A stretch of 64,000 bases of DNA from Enterobacteria phage GiZh, in the sequence record NC_054903.1. One strand, given 5' to 3'. The first letter of the stretch is position 1. Each line of letters starts with the position of its first letter. The position numbers and the translations under genes are program-made. Shown piece after piece: positions 18,553 through 28,190 of this stretch. Below the pieces are notes generated by a model. That model searched no databases. It saw only the letters and a program-made list of their open reading frames with translations, and was not told where the DNA came from.

Positions 18553-20235
18553 TTAAACCATTACAGTAAATCGACCAACTTTCTTCATTTGAAGATGCTG
18601 ACCATATTCTTGCGGGTCATGGTCTTTATGCGAAATTATAAAAACATTAGTGTTTTTCATTGAATTTATAATATTAGCTACACCTTTAATACCTTCGGCA
18701 TCAAATGACCCATCAAACACTTCATCGAGTATTAACGTACTAATACTAACACCAGATACAATAGAAGCAATATCACGCCAAGTAAATAAAAGAGCAATAT
18801 CAATTCGTGCTTTTTCACCTTCACTAAATGAAGCATAACTAAAATCTTCACGACCACGGGATTTAATTGTCTCATTAAATTCTTCATCTAATGTAAACAC
18901 ATAATCCGCTTCCATTATTTTAAGATAATGGTTAATCTGCTTATTAAATAATGGAATGTACTTTTTAATAATAGCACCTTTAATACCAGAATCTTTGAGC
19001 ATATCAGTCAAAATTCCTCGGTGGTATTTTTCCATTACTAAATTAGTTTTTGTCTTAACAATTTTATCAAGTTCTTCTTGAAGCAGTGCTATTTCATCAG
19101 CATGGTCAATAAACTCAGAAGATGCTTTTTCTATAGCTGCTTTAACTTTTTTAGCTTTATCTACCGTCGTGATTAGAGATTGCTTTTTATTGCGAATATC
19201 ATTTGCCAACGACTGCTGGGTTTTAATATTATCTCGGTATTCATCAACAAGAACTTTTAAATTATCACGGTGCGTTGAAAGCTGTTCAAACGAATGCGTA
19301 CATTCAGAAACTTTATCTTTAATTTTAGAAACAACTTTATCGCCGGAACTTAATTGTGACAAACAGGTTGGACATAATCCACCTTCGTGATACATATTAA
19401 TGACTTTATTATACGAGTCAATTTTTGATTTAATTAAAACTGCTTCTTGACCGATTTTATTAAATGCATCAGTCGGGTCTTCATCTAAAACAATATTAAC
19501 TAATCTTTCGTTAGCTTCTTCTATTTCCGATTTTAACGTTCTAGCTTCTTTTGCCAAATCATCATACATATTTTGCAGACGAGTAAGGTTGTCACCAGAC
19601 AATTTTTTCTGGCGTTCAACATTATCATTATATATTTTAATTTGTTGGATAATACTATCTTTTTTAACATCAAGCACTTGGTTTTGTGAATTTAATTCAC
19701 GTATTAGTGCTTTATTAAGCTTATCCATTTCAGCTAATGTTCCTACCTCAAGCAGGTCTTCCACAAGCTTTCTTCGTGCAGGGGTCGACAAACCCATGAA
19801 AGGGGTATACCCTGCTGTACCAAGGACAACAATCTGCTTGAAACTGGCATATGACATTCCGATAAGCTGTTCAAATTCTGCTTGGAAATCTTTACTGCTG
19901 GCAGATTCATTAAGACGTGTACCGTTAACGGTGATTTCGAAAACGTTCGGTTTTTGTCCTCTTTTGATATAGTACTTTTTCTCATCATATTCCATCCACA
20001 ATTCAACTAAAAGTTCTTTCTTATTTGTGCTGTTTATTAATTGACCTTTCTTTACATCACGAAATGGCTTGCCAAAAAGCCCAAATGTGATGGCTTCTAA
20101 CATAGTAGACTTACCACCGCCATTTCGTCCAGTAATAAGAGTTTTTTGAACCTTATCTAATTGAATGTCAATAGGATTTCCACCTACTGACATTATATTT
20201 TGATACCTAACTCGGTTTAGTTTAAAATTCTTCAC
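18553..20235 (-). CDS. 46: recombination endonuclease subunit gp46 (Rad50/SbcC-like ATPase)
   Basis: 560 aa; Walker A GRNGGGKST, coiled-coil middle with CPTC zinc hook, signature and Walker B near C-terminus; apparent GTG start. Confidence 0.95.
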   Translation of the reverse strand: MKNFKLNRVRYQNIMSVGGNPIDIQLDKVQKTLITGRNGGGKSTMLEAITFGLFGKPFRDVKKGQLINSTNKKELLVELWMEYDEKKYYIKRGQKPNVFEITVNGTRLNESASSKDFQAEFEQLIGMSYASFKQIVVLGTAGYTPFMGLSTPARRKLVEDLLEVGTLAEMDKLNKALIRELNSQNQVLDVKKDSIIQQIKIYNDNVERQKKLSGDNLTRLQNMYDDLAKEARTLKSEIEEANERLVNIVLDEDPTDAFNKIGQEAVLIKSKIDSYNKVINMYHEGGLCPTCLSQLSSGDKVVSKIKDKVSECTHSFEQLSTHRDNLKVLVDEYRDNIKTQQSLANDIRNKKQSLITTVDKAKKVKAAIEKASSEFIDHADEIALLQEELDKIVKTKTNLVMEKYHRGILTDMLKDSGIKGAIIKKYIPLFNKQINHYLKIMEADYVFTLDEEFNETIKSRGREDFSYASFSEGEKARIDIALLFTWRDIASIVSGVSISTLILDEVFDGSFDAEGIKGVANIINSMKNTNVFIISHKDHDPQEYGQHLQMKKVGRFTVMV

Positions 20236-20495
20236 AAAAGATTCCTTTTAATGTATCTTTTAGACCATTCTATCATATCATCATAATCTAAAAAGTATTC
20301 ATCAAATTCAGCCATGCAAACAACACCTTGTGCTGTTTTTGATGTAATATAAATTATTCCAACATATCTAGAATCTTCTTCGGTATAATCAATATTTGCT
20401 ATGAATTCATCATTAATGTCAAATGTCGAAAACTTCACAGTATGCATCCTTAATACAAGATACAGCCATATCTCGTAATGATTTAGGTGTGTCAT
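20232..20495 (-). CDS. hypothetical protein (46.1/46.2 position)
   Basis: 87-aa ORF; alternative ATG at 20447; overlaps upstream ORF. Confidence 0.45.
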   Translation of the reverse strand: MTHLNHYEIWLYLVLRMHTVKFSTFDINDEFIANIDYTEEDSRYVGIIYITSKTAQGVVCMAEFDEYFLDYDDMIEWSKRYIKRNLL

Positions 20496-20682
20496 TATCT
20501 AAAATGTTGAAGTTAAAAGATACAGCCCAGTCAGTGCAGACTGTAACCTTTTTAATACAATTATCTTCAACCTCTAGCGGTTCAAACCAATATTCAATAA
20601 TTTCTTTATGTCCAATATCATCTTTTACTTCGCATTCAAAATGCTGACTCATCATAACATTTTTAAATTCATCAAAAGTCAT
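20419..20682 (-). CDS. hypothetical protein (46.1/46.2 position)
   Basis: 87-aa ORF, ATG verified, ATGA-type overlap with gene 47 stop. Confidence 0.5.
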   Translation of the reverse strand: MTFDEFKNVMMSQHFECEVKDDIGHKEIIEYWFEPLEVEDNCIKKVTVCTDWAVSFNFNILDNDTPKSLRDMAVSCIKDAYCEVFDI

Positions 20683-21698
20683 TGTGTTGCCTCTACATAT
20701 AGCTGATTTGCATATTGAATAAGTGCTTCGCGATCAGAATCAGTGATGTCTGGAATTGCATTAATGTATTCTTCCATCAATGTCTGAAGAGATTGAACTT
20801 CAACTTCTTCACTGTCATCTGACTCAACAGAGTTATCAATCTTTGACACAACTCGTAATGAATGCACAACTTTTTCTAGTTCAGATTCGAACTTCGTTAG
20901 ATTTTTGTCTACTTCAGTTACTATAACACGTACTGATAGATTTGTAAAATCTTTATAGTCAATTTTTCCTTTAAATGGATAATGAATTCTACGATGCCAT
21001 GTAGTATTGTTTGGAATAAATTCCATTCGTTCTGTTTCTGTATCAAACATCCAGAACCCGCGAGGGTCATTCTCGTCACCTGCAGTTAGTGTCCATGGTG
21101 TCCCAATATATCTGACGTTAGCAGCCTCAGAAATAGTATGGAAGTGACCAGACCACACTTCCTTATAAGTCTTAAGGAAATCAGGTTCAAGACCGTGAGA
21201 TTTCATTCCTTTATAAAAATAAAATCCGTTCAGTTCCCAGTGACCAACACAAAAAGAAGCAGAAGAAGTTTTTATGTGCTCGAGAATTTCACCAGTATTT
21301 TCTTCACACATCCAAGGAATTAAATCAATTAAACATCCGTCAAAATCTACTGTAGTAGGCTTATCATATACTTTAACATTAGGATATTTAGCCAAAAGCT
21401 CAGTAGAGGCATTTGGATGCATTACATTTTTGTAGTGGAGATCGTGATTTCCTACAATAGTATGTAATGTGATTCCAGCATCATCAAGCATTTGAACTAT
21501 TTCACGAGCAAACTCCATAGTTTTATGCGTGATTGCTTTTCGCACATCAAAAATATCACCGTATTGAATCCAGGTAGTAATTCCATTTTTCTTAGAATAT
21601 TCTATCGCTTGTTTAATTCCATCAATTTGAATACCGCGAATCCACTCATCATCAGCTTTAACGCCTAAATGCCAATCACCCAAGTTTAGTATTTTCAT
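20679..21698 (-). CDS. 47: recombination endonuclease subunit gp47 (Mre11/SbcD-like)
   Basis: 339 aa; phosphoesterase motifs GDWHLG, GDIFD, GNHD; ATG verified. Confidence 0.95.
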   Translation of the reverse strand: MKILNLGDWHLGVKADDEWIRGIQIDGIKQAIEYSKKNGITTWIQYGDIFDVRKAITHKTMEFAREIVQMLDDAGITLHTIVGNHDLHYKNVMHPNASTELLAKYPNVKVYDKPTTVDFDGCLIDLIPWMCEENTGEILEHIKTSSASFCVGHWELNGFYFYKGMKSHGLEPDFLKTYKEVWSGHFHTISEAANVRYIGTPWTLTAGDENDPRGFWMFDTETERMEFIPNNTTWHRRIHYPFKGKIDYKDFTNLSVRVIVTEVDKNLTKFESELEKVVHSLRVVSKIDNSVESDDSEEVEVQSLQTLMEEYINAIPDITDSDREALIQYANQLYVEATQ

Positions 21699-22299
21699 GG
21701 TGTCTTTTCCATCCTAATTTAGCTGCTTTTGAAACCAGTTCTTTAATTTTTCCTTTTGTCCATTCAGGACCAGGAGGTTCATGACATAACATTTGCTTAA
21801 CTCCGTTATTATACCATTTTTTACCTTTATTATGTGATGAAGCTTTAAATTTATTTGACCTTCCTTTTACATAACCTTCTGGAATATAAGGTAAAAATGC
21901 AGATTTTCCTGTTAATGGATCATGTGAATGTATATTTCCTTTACAATTATGAGAACCATATAATGGATGATTTTTTCCTTTAATATCTCTTCCAAATGAA
22001 CCTTTTGGAGCAGCATATGACATATTAAAGAATAATGGATTTTTAACTGCATCATGCAATCGTTGATAATATAACTCGCATTTAATAGCTTCTTCACGCG
22101 TATCAAATTCAGCTAAAATGCATGAATCAAATAAGTGAGGATTATCTGAAAGCTCTTTATTATAAATTTTCTTATACTTTTTAGATAAAACTGAACCATG
22201 ATATCCAGCTAAATGCCTATCTAAAGACGTAGATCCAATATAAAAAGGAGGAAGTTTATCTCCACTATATATTGTTAAATAAGTTATATATTTTTTCAT
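21676..22299 (-). mobile_element. freestanding GIY-YIG-like homing endonuclease gene (between 47 and a-gt)
   Basis: 207 aa; YLTIYSGDKLPPFYIGSTS, then R/H (DRHLAGYHG), E (REEAIKCE), N (KNPLFFN); basic Gly/Lys-rich C-terminus; ATG verified. Confidence 0.55.
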
Positions 22300-22460
22300 A
22301 TATCAAGAACCGTCATTGAAATGCAAAATAAAATTATTGAAATAAATCCATCTGGCGTGCTAAAGAACCCAATCCAACATGCTCTAGCAAATAGATAAAA
22401 TGCAAGAAAAAGTATCACATATCCAAGAAATATCATTATATCAAACTCCGTATAAAGCTA

Positions 22461-22477
22461 AAGGGCCGAAGCCCTTT
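22461..22477 (-). terminator. UUCG-tetraloop terminator at the end of a-gt
   Basis: minus strand AAAGGGC-UUCG-GCCCUUU followed by U/A-rich tract. Confidence 0.55.
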
Positions 22478-23678
22478 ATTTTGTAATAATGTCAAACTGT
22501 TCTTTAAAGCAGAAGCTTGAATCTTGGTGCTGATACAAAAATTCATATGCTTTTTCTCGCTCACGGTCATAAAGAGCTCGGTCAGATGACAGTTCTTTAA
22601 TACGTTCAAATGTTGATTCCATATCATTTTCATCAAACCAAATGATACCGCTATCATGCGAGGTCAAAGGAGTATTATCAACACGGAATTTTAAATTTTC
22701 GCCAGTAGATTTCCAAAATACCGGAATTGTTCCACATGCACCAAGCTCGAGATGAGTATATTCTAAAGAGCGCTGTAGATATTTTTTATCCAACTTACTC
22801 AACTGATAACCAAAACCGGATTTACTCATACGTTCAAGCATTTCGCTATTTACATAACGGTCAAGAATTTGCGTTGGCAAATTAGGAGCAATTTTAATTT
22901 GGTCTACTTGATGAAGACGATAATACTCGTATGGAATTCCTTTTTCTTTAATAGGAATGAACGCTGGAGAACGTTCCAGACCTTCCATAATAGTACTTAG
23001 TCCTGCAGGTTTAAGATGTTTTTCATGAAAATCAAACATCTGATAAAAACCTTTCCATGTAGTCGTACGACCAATCCAACGGTTGATATTCATGTTAATT
23101 TCAGAAACATCTTTCCAGTAGGTTGATCGAACCTTCGCAATATCCATAGGAGGCTGAAAGTTATATACTGTCGGTGCTTCTTCAATATCATCAAACAGAG
23201 AAACAGTTTCTGGATACCACTCTTTCATCAGAACTTTATTAAAATCACCATTATCAGAATGGCTAAAAATAACATCAGCTCGACGAACAGTTTCTTCTAA
23301 TCCCAAATTTCGACGCAAAGAAAGAGAAGAATGGTCATGCTGATAAACTACAACACGAACAGAAGGTTTAATGTTATCAATAATTTTTTTATAGTTATTA
23401 ATAGTGTCTTCTTCAACCGAAGTAGCAGGAACTGAATTGATAATTAGAATATCACAATCATTTACCAGCTTAAGTGTTTTATCGTATTCTTTTGCCAATA
23501 AAACCGGAATTGAAAATGATTTATAATCATGCGCGCAATTACGAGTAAATGATTTATCTTTAGCATAAACCAAAGTTACTTCATGACCATTTTTAATAAA
23601 CCAATCACGTTGCTCGAGTGAGAATTTTGTTACACCACAACCTTCAAGACCTCGAGCCATAAAAATACATACTTTCAT
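22476..23678 (-). CDS. agt: DNA alpha-glucosyltransferase
   Basis: 400 aa; MKVCIFMARGLEGCGVTKFSLEQRDWFIKNGHEVTLVYAKDKSF... matches recalled T4 a-gt; ATG verified. Confidence 0.9.
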   Translation of the reverse strand: MKVCIFMARGLEGCGVTKFSLEQRDWFIKNGHEVTLVYAKDKSFTRNCAHDYKSFSIPVLLAKEYDKTLKLVNDCDILIINSVPATSVEEDTINNYKKIIDNIKPSVRVVVYQHDHSSLSLRRNLGLEETVRRADVIFSHSDNGDFNKVLMKEWYPETVSLFDDIEEAPTVYNFQPPMDIAKVRSTYWKDVSEINMNINRWIGRTTTWKGFYQMFDFHEKHLKPAGLSTIMEGLERSPAFIPIKEKGIPYEYYRLHQVDQIKIAPNLPTQILDRYVNSEMLERMSKSGFGYQLSKLDKKYLQRSLEYTHLELGACGTIPVFWKSTGENLKFRVDNTPLTSHDSGIIWFDENDMESTFERIKELSSDRALYDREREKAYEFLYQHQDSSFCFKEQFDIITK

Positions 23679-23702
23679 TTAATATCCTCATTGTTTTGGT
23701 TT

Positions 23703-23727
23703 ATTTTACCAAAAATTTATAAAGCAA
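23703..23727 (-). promoter_or_regulatory. candidate MotA-dependent middle promoter for a-gt
   Basis: minus strand TTGCTTTA box, ~11 nt, TAAAAT, about 25 nt upstream of a-gt ATG. Confidence 0.4.
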
Positions 23728-23729
23728 TA

Positions 23730-23747
23730 TAGGAGCCGAAGCTCCTA
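23730..23747 (-). terminator. UUCG-tetraloop hairpin
   Basis: minus strand UAGGAGC-UUCG-GCUCCUA. Confidence 0.45.
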
Positions 23748-23921
23748 TCCGCATAATACACCGTATAGAGGCTCATTAGAGCTTCTAAATTTTATACGCT
23801 TATATGTTATAGTTCCTTCTGCTTTAGCTTTATCATGAGACTCTTTAAAGCGTCTCATCATTTCCTCTTTAGAGGAACGAATTTTATTATAATCTATTTC
23901 AGAAGTCTGGGTGTTCATCTT

Positions 23922-24128
23922 TCATAGTTGCCACCATTTTTTGACTTGATAGGAATCAACCCACACTTTCATATTAGGGTCTGCTCTTACAATAGGAGGA
24001 TTAACTTCTTTAATTGAACTATCATGGTATTCTTTTTCAGAAATTTTCACACAAAGATGACCATTCAAAGATTCAGTAAATCCTGCATTAATTTTAAGAC
24101 GCTTGAATTTTACGTGTGTAAGCATCAA
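23922..24128 (-). CDS. hypothetical protein
   Basis: 68-aa ORF in same-strand operon between 55 and a-gt. Confidence 0.4.
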   Translation of the reverse strand: MMLTHVKFKRLKINAGFTESLNGHLCVKISEKEYHDSSIKEVNPPIVRADPNMKVWVDSYQVKKWWQL

Positions 24129-24411
24129 TCATATCCTCAATTTGCGATCTAGTAGTCTTCCAAAGAATACTGATGAGTTCATCGTTATATGGCTGTTTTA
24201 GAATATCCCGACTTTTCTTGATAGCATATTCGTATTGAGCAAAATTATTATTTTCAGCTGCGATCTGAGCGTGCTTATAAAGACGATTCAGTTCACGTTT
24301 GTTTTTAGACAATAACTTATTTGCTTTTCTTTCTGCTTCAAGACGGTTCTTTTCTTCAATAGAAGAAATAAGCTTTTCCACTTCATCATTAATTTCGGGT
24401 TTATCAGTCAT
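24094..24411 (-). CDS. hypothetical protein
   Basis: 105-aa ORF, charged/helical; overlaps neighbours. Confidence 0.45.
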   Translation of the reverse strand: MTDKPEINDEVEKLISSIEEKNRLEAERKANKLLSKNKRELNRLYKHAQIAAENNNFAQYEYAIKKSRDILKQPYNDELISILWKTTRSQIEDMIDAYTRKIQAS

Positions 24412-24412
24412 A

Positions 24413-24631
24413 TTATTTCTCTAATATAAAATAAAAATCATCATCTGTTAAATGATACCTGTAATTTAATTCTACACCATTAGATTTAAAAGCGGTATCA
24501 TACGGATTTTCTGGATCAATATCAATGTCAAGAGCTAAAACTTCCCTGAGATACATTTTAAGCAAATAGGGAATAGCTTCAACTTCAGGTATTTCTTCCA
24601 AGAATCCGGAGAGGTTAATCGTTAGCCTCAT
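24413..24631 (-). CDS. hypothetical protein
   Basis: 72-aa ORF immediately downstream of gene 55. Confidence 0.45.
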
Positions 24632-25172
24632 ATAAAAAATCCAAACTAGGAGAATCGTCTACAACACTTTTCTTTTCAGCCCCCGGTGTTCTATAGGTTG
24701 ATTCTTCGTAATGCGTCATTTTATCGTAGATGTCTTGAATAAAAGTTTCATCTACTAACGCAACCATATCGTCGTCACGACTGTCATAGACATTGTGAAC
24801 GAAGTAACTATATTTCTTTGCAACTTCCTTACGTTCTTTTTTAATACGCTGGACGAATGCATTAAAACAAGCTTGAGTTATATACGCATGTGGGTTTTTA
24901 TATTTCGTTTCATCAAAATTATGAAGCCCCTTAATAGAAGCTTCTATACCATCTGCAATCATTTCTTGTTTCCAAGACTGGGTGTATCCTGAAAAGTTGA
25001 AACGTTTAGATAAGCCTTCTGCAATAAGCATAATGGCTAATCCGATAGTATCATTCTGACGAACTACTTTATTTGGGTCTTTATTATTTGCTAATTCTGT
25101 TTTCCAATCAATAATAGCTTGTAAAAGCTCTTTATTGTTTACGTAATTATATTTAGGCTTAGTTTCTGACAT
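24615..25172 (-). CDS. 55: late-transcription sigma factor gp55
   Basis: From ATG 25172-25170: [54 protein letters not shown]..., 185 aa. Confidence 0.9.
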
Positions 25173-25250
25173 TTTCACCTCTTAGCTCAATTCATAGATC
25201 TATTATATCATAATATTTGAAGATCTATCTTAAAGCATAGAGGATATCAG

Positions 25251-25520
25251 TTATCTAAGTAAACAGTATGCTTGGAATACTTTCTCCATCATCTTTTTAA
25301 ATTCATGAATATCTATATAATGACTAGTTAGATCAGCATGATATAAAAAGTCTAAAAACTTTTCATGTGTACTAACATATTCACTTTCATTTAATTCAGA
25401 AACATGGCTTTCCCAATATCCAACACCAGTCTTATTTGGGAAAAATGAAATTTTCATGTATTGGTCAACATAGAAAATGCCATAATTTTCAATAGTAATA
25501 GAAATATTAATAAATTTCAT
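25251..25520 (-). CDS. hypothetical protein
   Basis: 89-aa ORF upstream of 55 in same operon direction. Confidence 0.45.
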   Translation of the reverse strand: MKFINISITIENYGIFYVDQYMKISFFPNKTGVGYWESHVSELNESEYVSTHEKFLDFLYHADLTSHYIDIHEFKKMMEKVFQAYCLLR

Positions 25521-25732
25521 ACATTCATCAACTTAGCCGCTCCAAGAGCTGCATCTAGTGAATCAAATTGGTCAACATATTCAATCAATTCGCCGTAATT
25601 GGCATATAACCACCATTGGCTAAATTCATACTCAAGGATGAATCCATTTCCTTCAATTTGAGTTAAACCATTGCCGTTTGTATTTACTTCATATCCGGCA
25701 AGACGCAAATCGTTAATAAGAGCTTCGTTCAT
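25517..25732 (-). CDS. hypothetical protein
   Basis: 71-aa ORF, ATGA-type overlap. Confidence 0.45.
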   Translation of the reverse strand: MNEALINDLRLAGYEVNTNGNGLTQIEGNGFILEYEFSQWWLYANYGELIEYVDQFDSLDAALGAAKLMNV

Positions 25733-25734
25733 AA

Positions 25735-26061
25735 TTATACCTTAGTAATTTTCAGGTCTGCAAATTTTTTCTTGCGTTGATTTTTCATGCGACGAATAGT
25801 TTTATCGGAAATTTCATGCTTTTGATAAGCTTTAGATTCTACACCAAAAGCTTTAACATCAAATTCTGACAAGATATATTGAACCAACAATTCACGGACA
25901 GTATTGCGTCCAATCTTCTGATCATTCTGTTTCATCATTTGATGAAGCTCTTTTTCCCATTTATCCAAAATTTGAGGAGTTACAATATCGCCTTTTTCTA
26001 GCAAAGAAACTACTTTATCATATGCGTAAGAATTGATGGCGTTTTTAATTTGAATAGTCAT
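25735..26061 (-). CDS. hypothetical protein
   Basis: 108-aa ORF, basic C-terminus. Confidence 0.45.
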   Translation of the reverse strand: MTIQIKNAINSYAYDKVVSLLEKGDIVTPQILDKWEKELHQMMKQNDQKIGRNTVRELLVQYILSEFDVKAFGVESKAYQKHEISDKTIRRMKNQRKKKFADLKITKV

Positions 26062-26099
26062 ACATTATCCTCAATTGCATTAAAATTTTATTATCCAAA

Positions 26100-26115
26100 A
26101 AGGGCCGAAGCCCTT
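26100..26115 (-). terminator. UUCG-tetraloop hairpin / terminator
   Basis: minus strand AAGGGC-UUCG-GCCCUU directly after stop of 26114-26314 ORF. Confidence 0.5.
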
Positions 26116-26314
26116 AGCTAAACTTTTTGGCACCCTTCCAGCCTTCGTACATCATTGCGGCTGATATTAATATTGCTCCTGAGCAACTTGAATATTTGTG
26201 ATTCCAAAACCAGTTTAGAAAAACTTCATCATCAATACCTTGGGCTATCATATTTTCAAAGAACTGACGACGAGATTCGGCAATTCGTTGTGATAATTTA
26301 GATTCAGGATTCAT
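26114..26314 (-). CDS. hypothetical protein
   Basis: 66-aa ORF. Confidence 0.45.
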   Translation of the reverse strand: MNPESKLSQRIAESRRQFFENMIAQGIDDEVFLNWFWNHKYSSCSGAILISAAMMYEGWKGAKKFS

Positions 26315-26530
26315 TTAAATTTTCCAGTTACCATTTTCATCAATAAATTTAATCCAGTCATTTACTGACCACTTAGTTGTATCGCCTTTTGGAGTAACAT
26401 TTAAAGTATATAGCCCTTGCTTAAAAAGCATTCGTTTGATATTCATATTTTCCTCAGCTGTAACGATAACACTCGTTTGATTTACGTTTAGCAACTCGTT
26501 GAGAAGTATTATAATCAAAATCATCGTCAA
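26315..26530 (-). CDS. hypothetical protein
   Basis: 71-aa ORF; start probably the internal ATG near 26446 because of overlap. Confidence 0.35.
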   Translation of the reverse strand: MTMILIIILLNELLNVNQTSVIVTAEENMNIKRMLFKQGLYTLNVTPKGDTTKWSVNDWIKFIDENGNWKI

Positions 26531-26792
26531 TGTAAACTGATTTTTTCAACTTTCTTACTTCACCACGTAATTGGCGATTTAGCTCATCTTTAACTTCTGA
26601 ATCAATACCTTTCATTCTACGCCATTTATCTGAGCGAAAAATGTTTTCAACCATATCTTTATGACTTACCCCATCAGGAGCTTTACGCTTTCCGAAATAG
26701 TCATAATCACGAACTTTCAAGTCTTTACGACGATACGTTTTACCCATGGAGTTTAATTTCCTTAGCAACTGAACTAAATACAGCACGATCAC
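26454..26792 (-). CDS. hypothetical protein
   Basis: 112-aa ORF, basic. Confidence 0.45.
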   Translation of the reverse strand: MIVLYLVQLLRKLNSMGKTYRRKDLKVRDYDYFGKRKAPDGVSHKDMVENIFRSDKWRRMKGIDSEVKDELNRQLRGEVRKLKKSVYIDDDFDYNTSQRVAKRKSNECYRYS

Positions 26793-26922
26793 AAATCATG
26801 TGTTTATGTAACTTGAGTATAATATAGCAAACTTCAAAACTATTTACATGAGTAACACGAACAGCATTACCATTAATGAGATAATACTGTCCCTTTTTAA
26901 TTTCTTTATCAACCACAACCAT
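26740..26922 (-). CDS. hypothetical protein
   Basis: 60-aa ORF just downstream of an early promoter. Confidence 0.4.
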   Translation of the reverse strand: MVVVDKEIKKGQYYLINGNAVRVTHVNSFEVCYIILKLHKHMICDRAVFSSVAKEIKLHG

Positions 26923-26946
26923 ATCAATTCCTCAAAGGTAATTCAT

Positions 26947-26977
26947 GTGTTAATAATACCACAGTTTGAGCTCGTTG
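26947..26977 (-). promoter_or_regulatory. T4-type early promoter
   Basis: minus strand UP, GTTTACA, 17 nt, TATTAT. Confidence 0.5.
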
Positions 26978-27063
26978 TAAACAACTTTGTGAAAATTATT
27001 TTAGGGAATGATAAGAAGGGAACGATAGCTTAGAATGGTAATATACAGAATGTAAGAAAGAAA

Positions 27064-27076
27064 GGCCCAGAGGGCC
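27064..27076 (-). terminator. intrinsic terminator downstream of nrdH
   Basis: GGCCC-ucu-GGGCC hairpin then UUUCUUUCUU on minus strand. Confidence 0.55.
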
Positions 27077-27080
27077 CGTC

Positions 27081-27389
27081 TTAGTCTTCTATGATATCTC
27101 TATCATATCCAAGTGAAATGAGAGTTTCTTTGAAGTGTTTAATGTTCTTTTGTCTAGAATCATTAATGAAAATGACTGGATAACGAATGTTAAGAGATGT
27201 GAATCCAGCGCGTTTAGCAAGAGATACAATCAGCGGACGATCATACTCAATCTTACCATTATTTGTAAGAACTTTATAGAAAGTAAAAGGAGCATTGAGC
27301 TCCTTTAGAAGTTTTGTAACTGATTGACATCCAGGACAACGACCTACTTCATCTGGAATTCCATAAACTTCAATCTTATTTTGTTTCAC
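27081..27389 (-). CDS. nrdH: glutaredoxin-like protein NrdH
   Basis: 102 aa; redox motif CPGCQS; adjacent to nrdG/nrdD; apparent GTG start. Confidence 0.75.
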   Translation of the reverse strand: MKQNKIEVYGIPDEVGRCPGCQSVTKLLKELNAPFTFYKVLTNNGKIEYDRPLIVSLAKRAGFTSLNIRYPVIFINDSRQKNIKHFKETLISLGYDRDIIED

Positions 27390-27391
27390 AA

Positions 27392-27604
27392 CTATTCCTT
27401 ACTAAGAGCAGCATTCAGCTTGTTAGTAATTTTATCCAGACGCTTATTGAACTCACTAGAAGATAAGCCCTTTTCTGGAGAAATTAAACTAATAACGAAA
27501 AATACAACAATAAAAGGAATAAGGAAAATAGCTCCAACTGCCATGAACAAAAAGAATGTTACAGTTGTAAGAAAATCAGCTAAACCTTTACGAAATTTAT
27601 ACAT
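27392..27604 (-). CDS. small membrane protein
   Basis: 70 aa, two predicted TM helices. Confidence 0.45.
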   Translation of the reverse strand: MYKFRKGLADFLTTVTFFLFMAVGAIFLIPFIVVFFVISLISPEKGLSSSEFNKRLDKITNKLNAALSKE

Positions 27605-27719
27605 ATTTTACCCTTAATTGATTAACCAAGCATTGATAAGCACTAAACTATACTGTGAATAAAATTCTGGACCAAAATGAAAAATCATATCATTTATAGT
27701 ATCCATAATATAATTCAAT

Positions 27720-28190
27720 TTAATCATGTTTCCACACCCCATCGGTATTTGACCAAAGTCGCTGATTATCTGATCCTCGCCACAGCTTTTTGGTCGGAAG
27801 ATTTTTCTCATACTTCCCATCAATAATAACATCAACATATTTAAGCATTTCTAGTTGTTTAATATCTTCAAACTTATATCCTGTCCACAACCAAATGCTT
27901 TTACTGGGATAAAGATTTTTTACTGTTTGAACGATGCAATGAATAACATCTCGGTTATCAGGATAGAGAGGGTCTCCTCCAGTTATAGTTAATCCTTCTA
28001 TATAATCATTATTCAAACATTCAATTAATTGCTCTAGTGTTTCACCAGTGAATGGAATACCATTTCTAGCATTCCATGTTGATTTATTATAACACCCTTC
28101 ACATTTATGCAAACAACCTGTAACGAAAAGAACGACCCTGCAACCAGGGCCATTCACAAAATCACAGGGATAAAATCTATCGTAATTCAT
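27720..28190 (-). CDS. nrdG: anaerobic ribonucleotide reductase activating protein NrdG (radical SAM)
   Basis: 156 aa; N-terminal Cys cluster CDFVNGPGCRVVLFVTGCLHKCEGCYN; overlaps nrdD stop. Confidence 0.9.
   Translation of the reverse strand: MNYDRFYPCDFVNGPGCRVVLFVTGCLHKCEGCYNKSTWNARNGIPFTGETLEQLIECLNNDYIEGLTITGGDPLYPDNRDVIHCIVQTVKNLYPSKSIWLWTGYKFEDIKQLEMLKYVDVIIDGKYEKNLPTKKLWRGSDNQRLWSNTDGVWKHD

Noticed and set aside
23757-23873. 38-aa minus-strand ORF with AAAGAGGAAATG start context between a-gt and the 55-proximal ORFs
   Set aside because: Too short and unsupported by any motif to report as a gene; may be a real micro-ORF.
24795-24992. 65-aa plus-strand ORF
   Set aside because: Antisense to gene 55.
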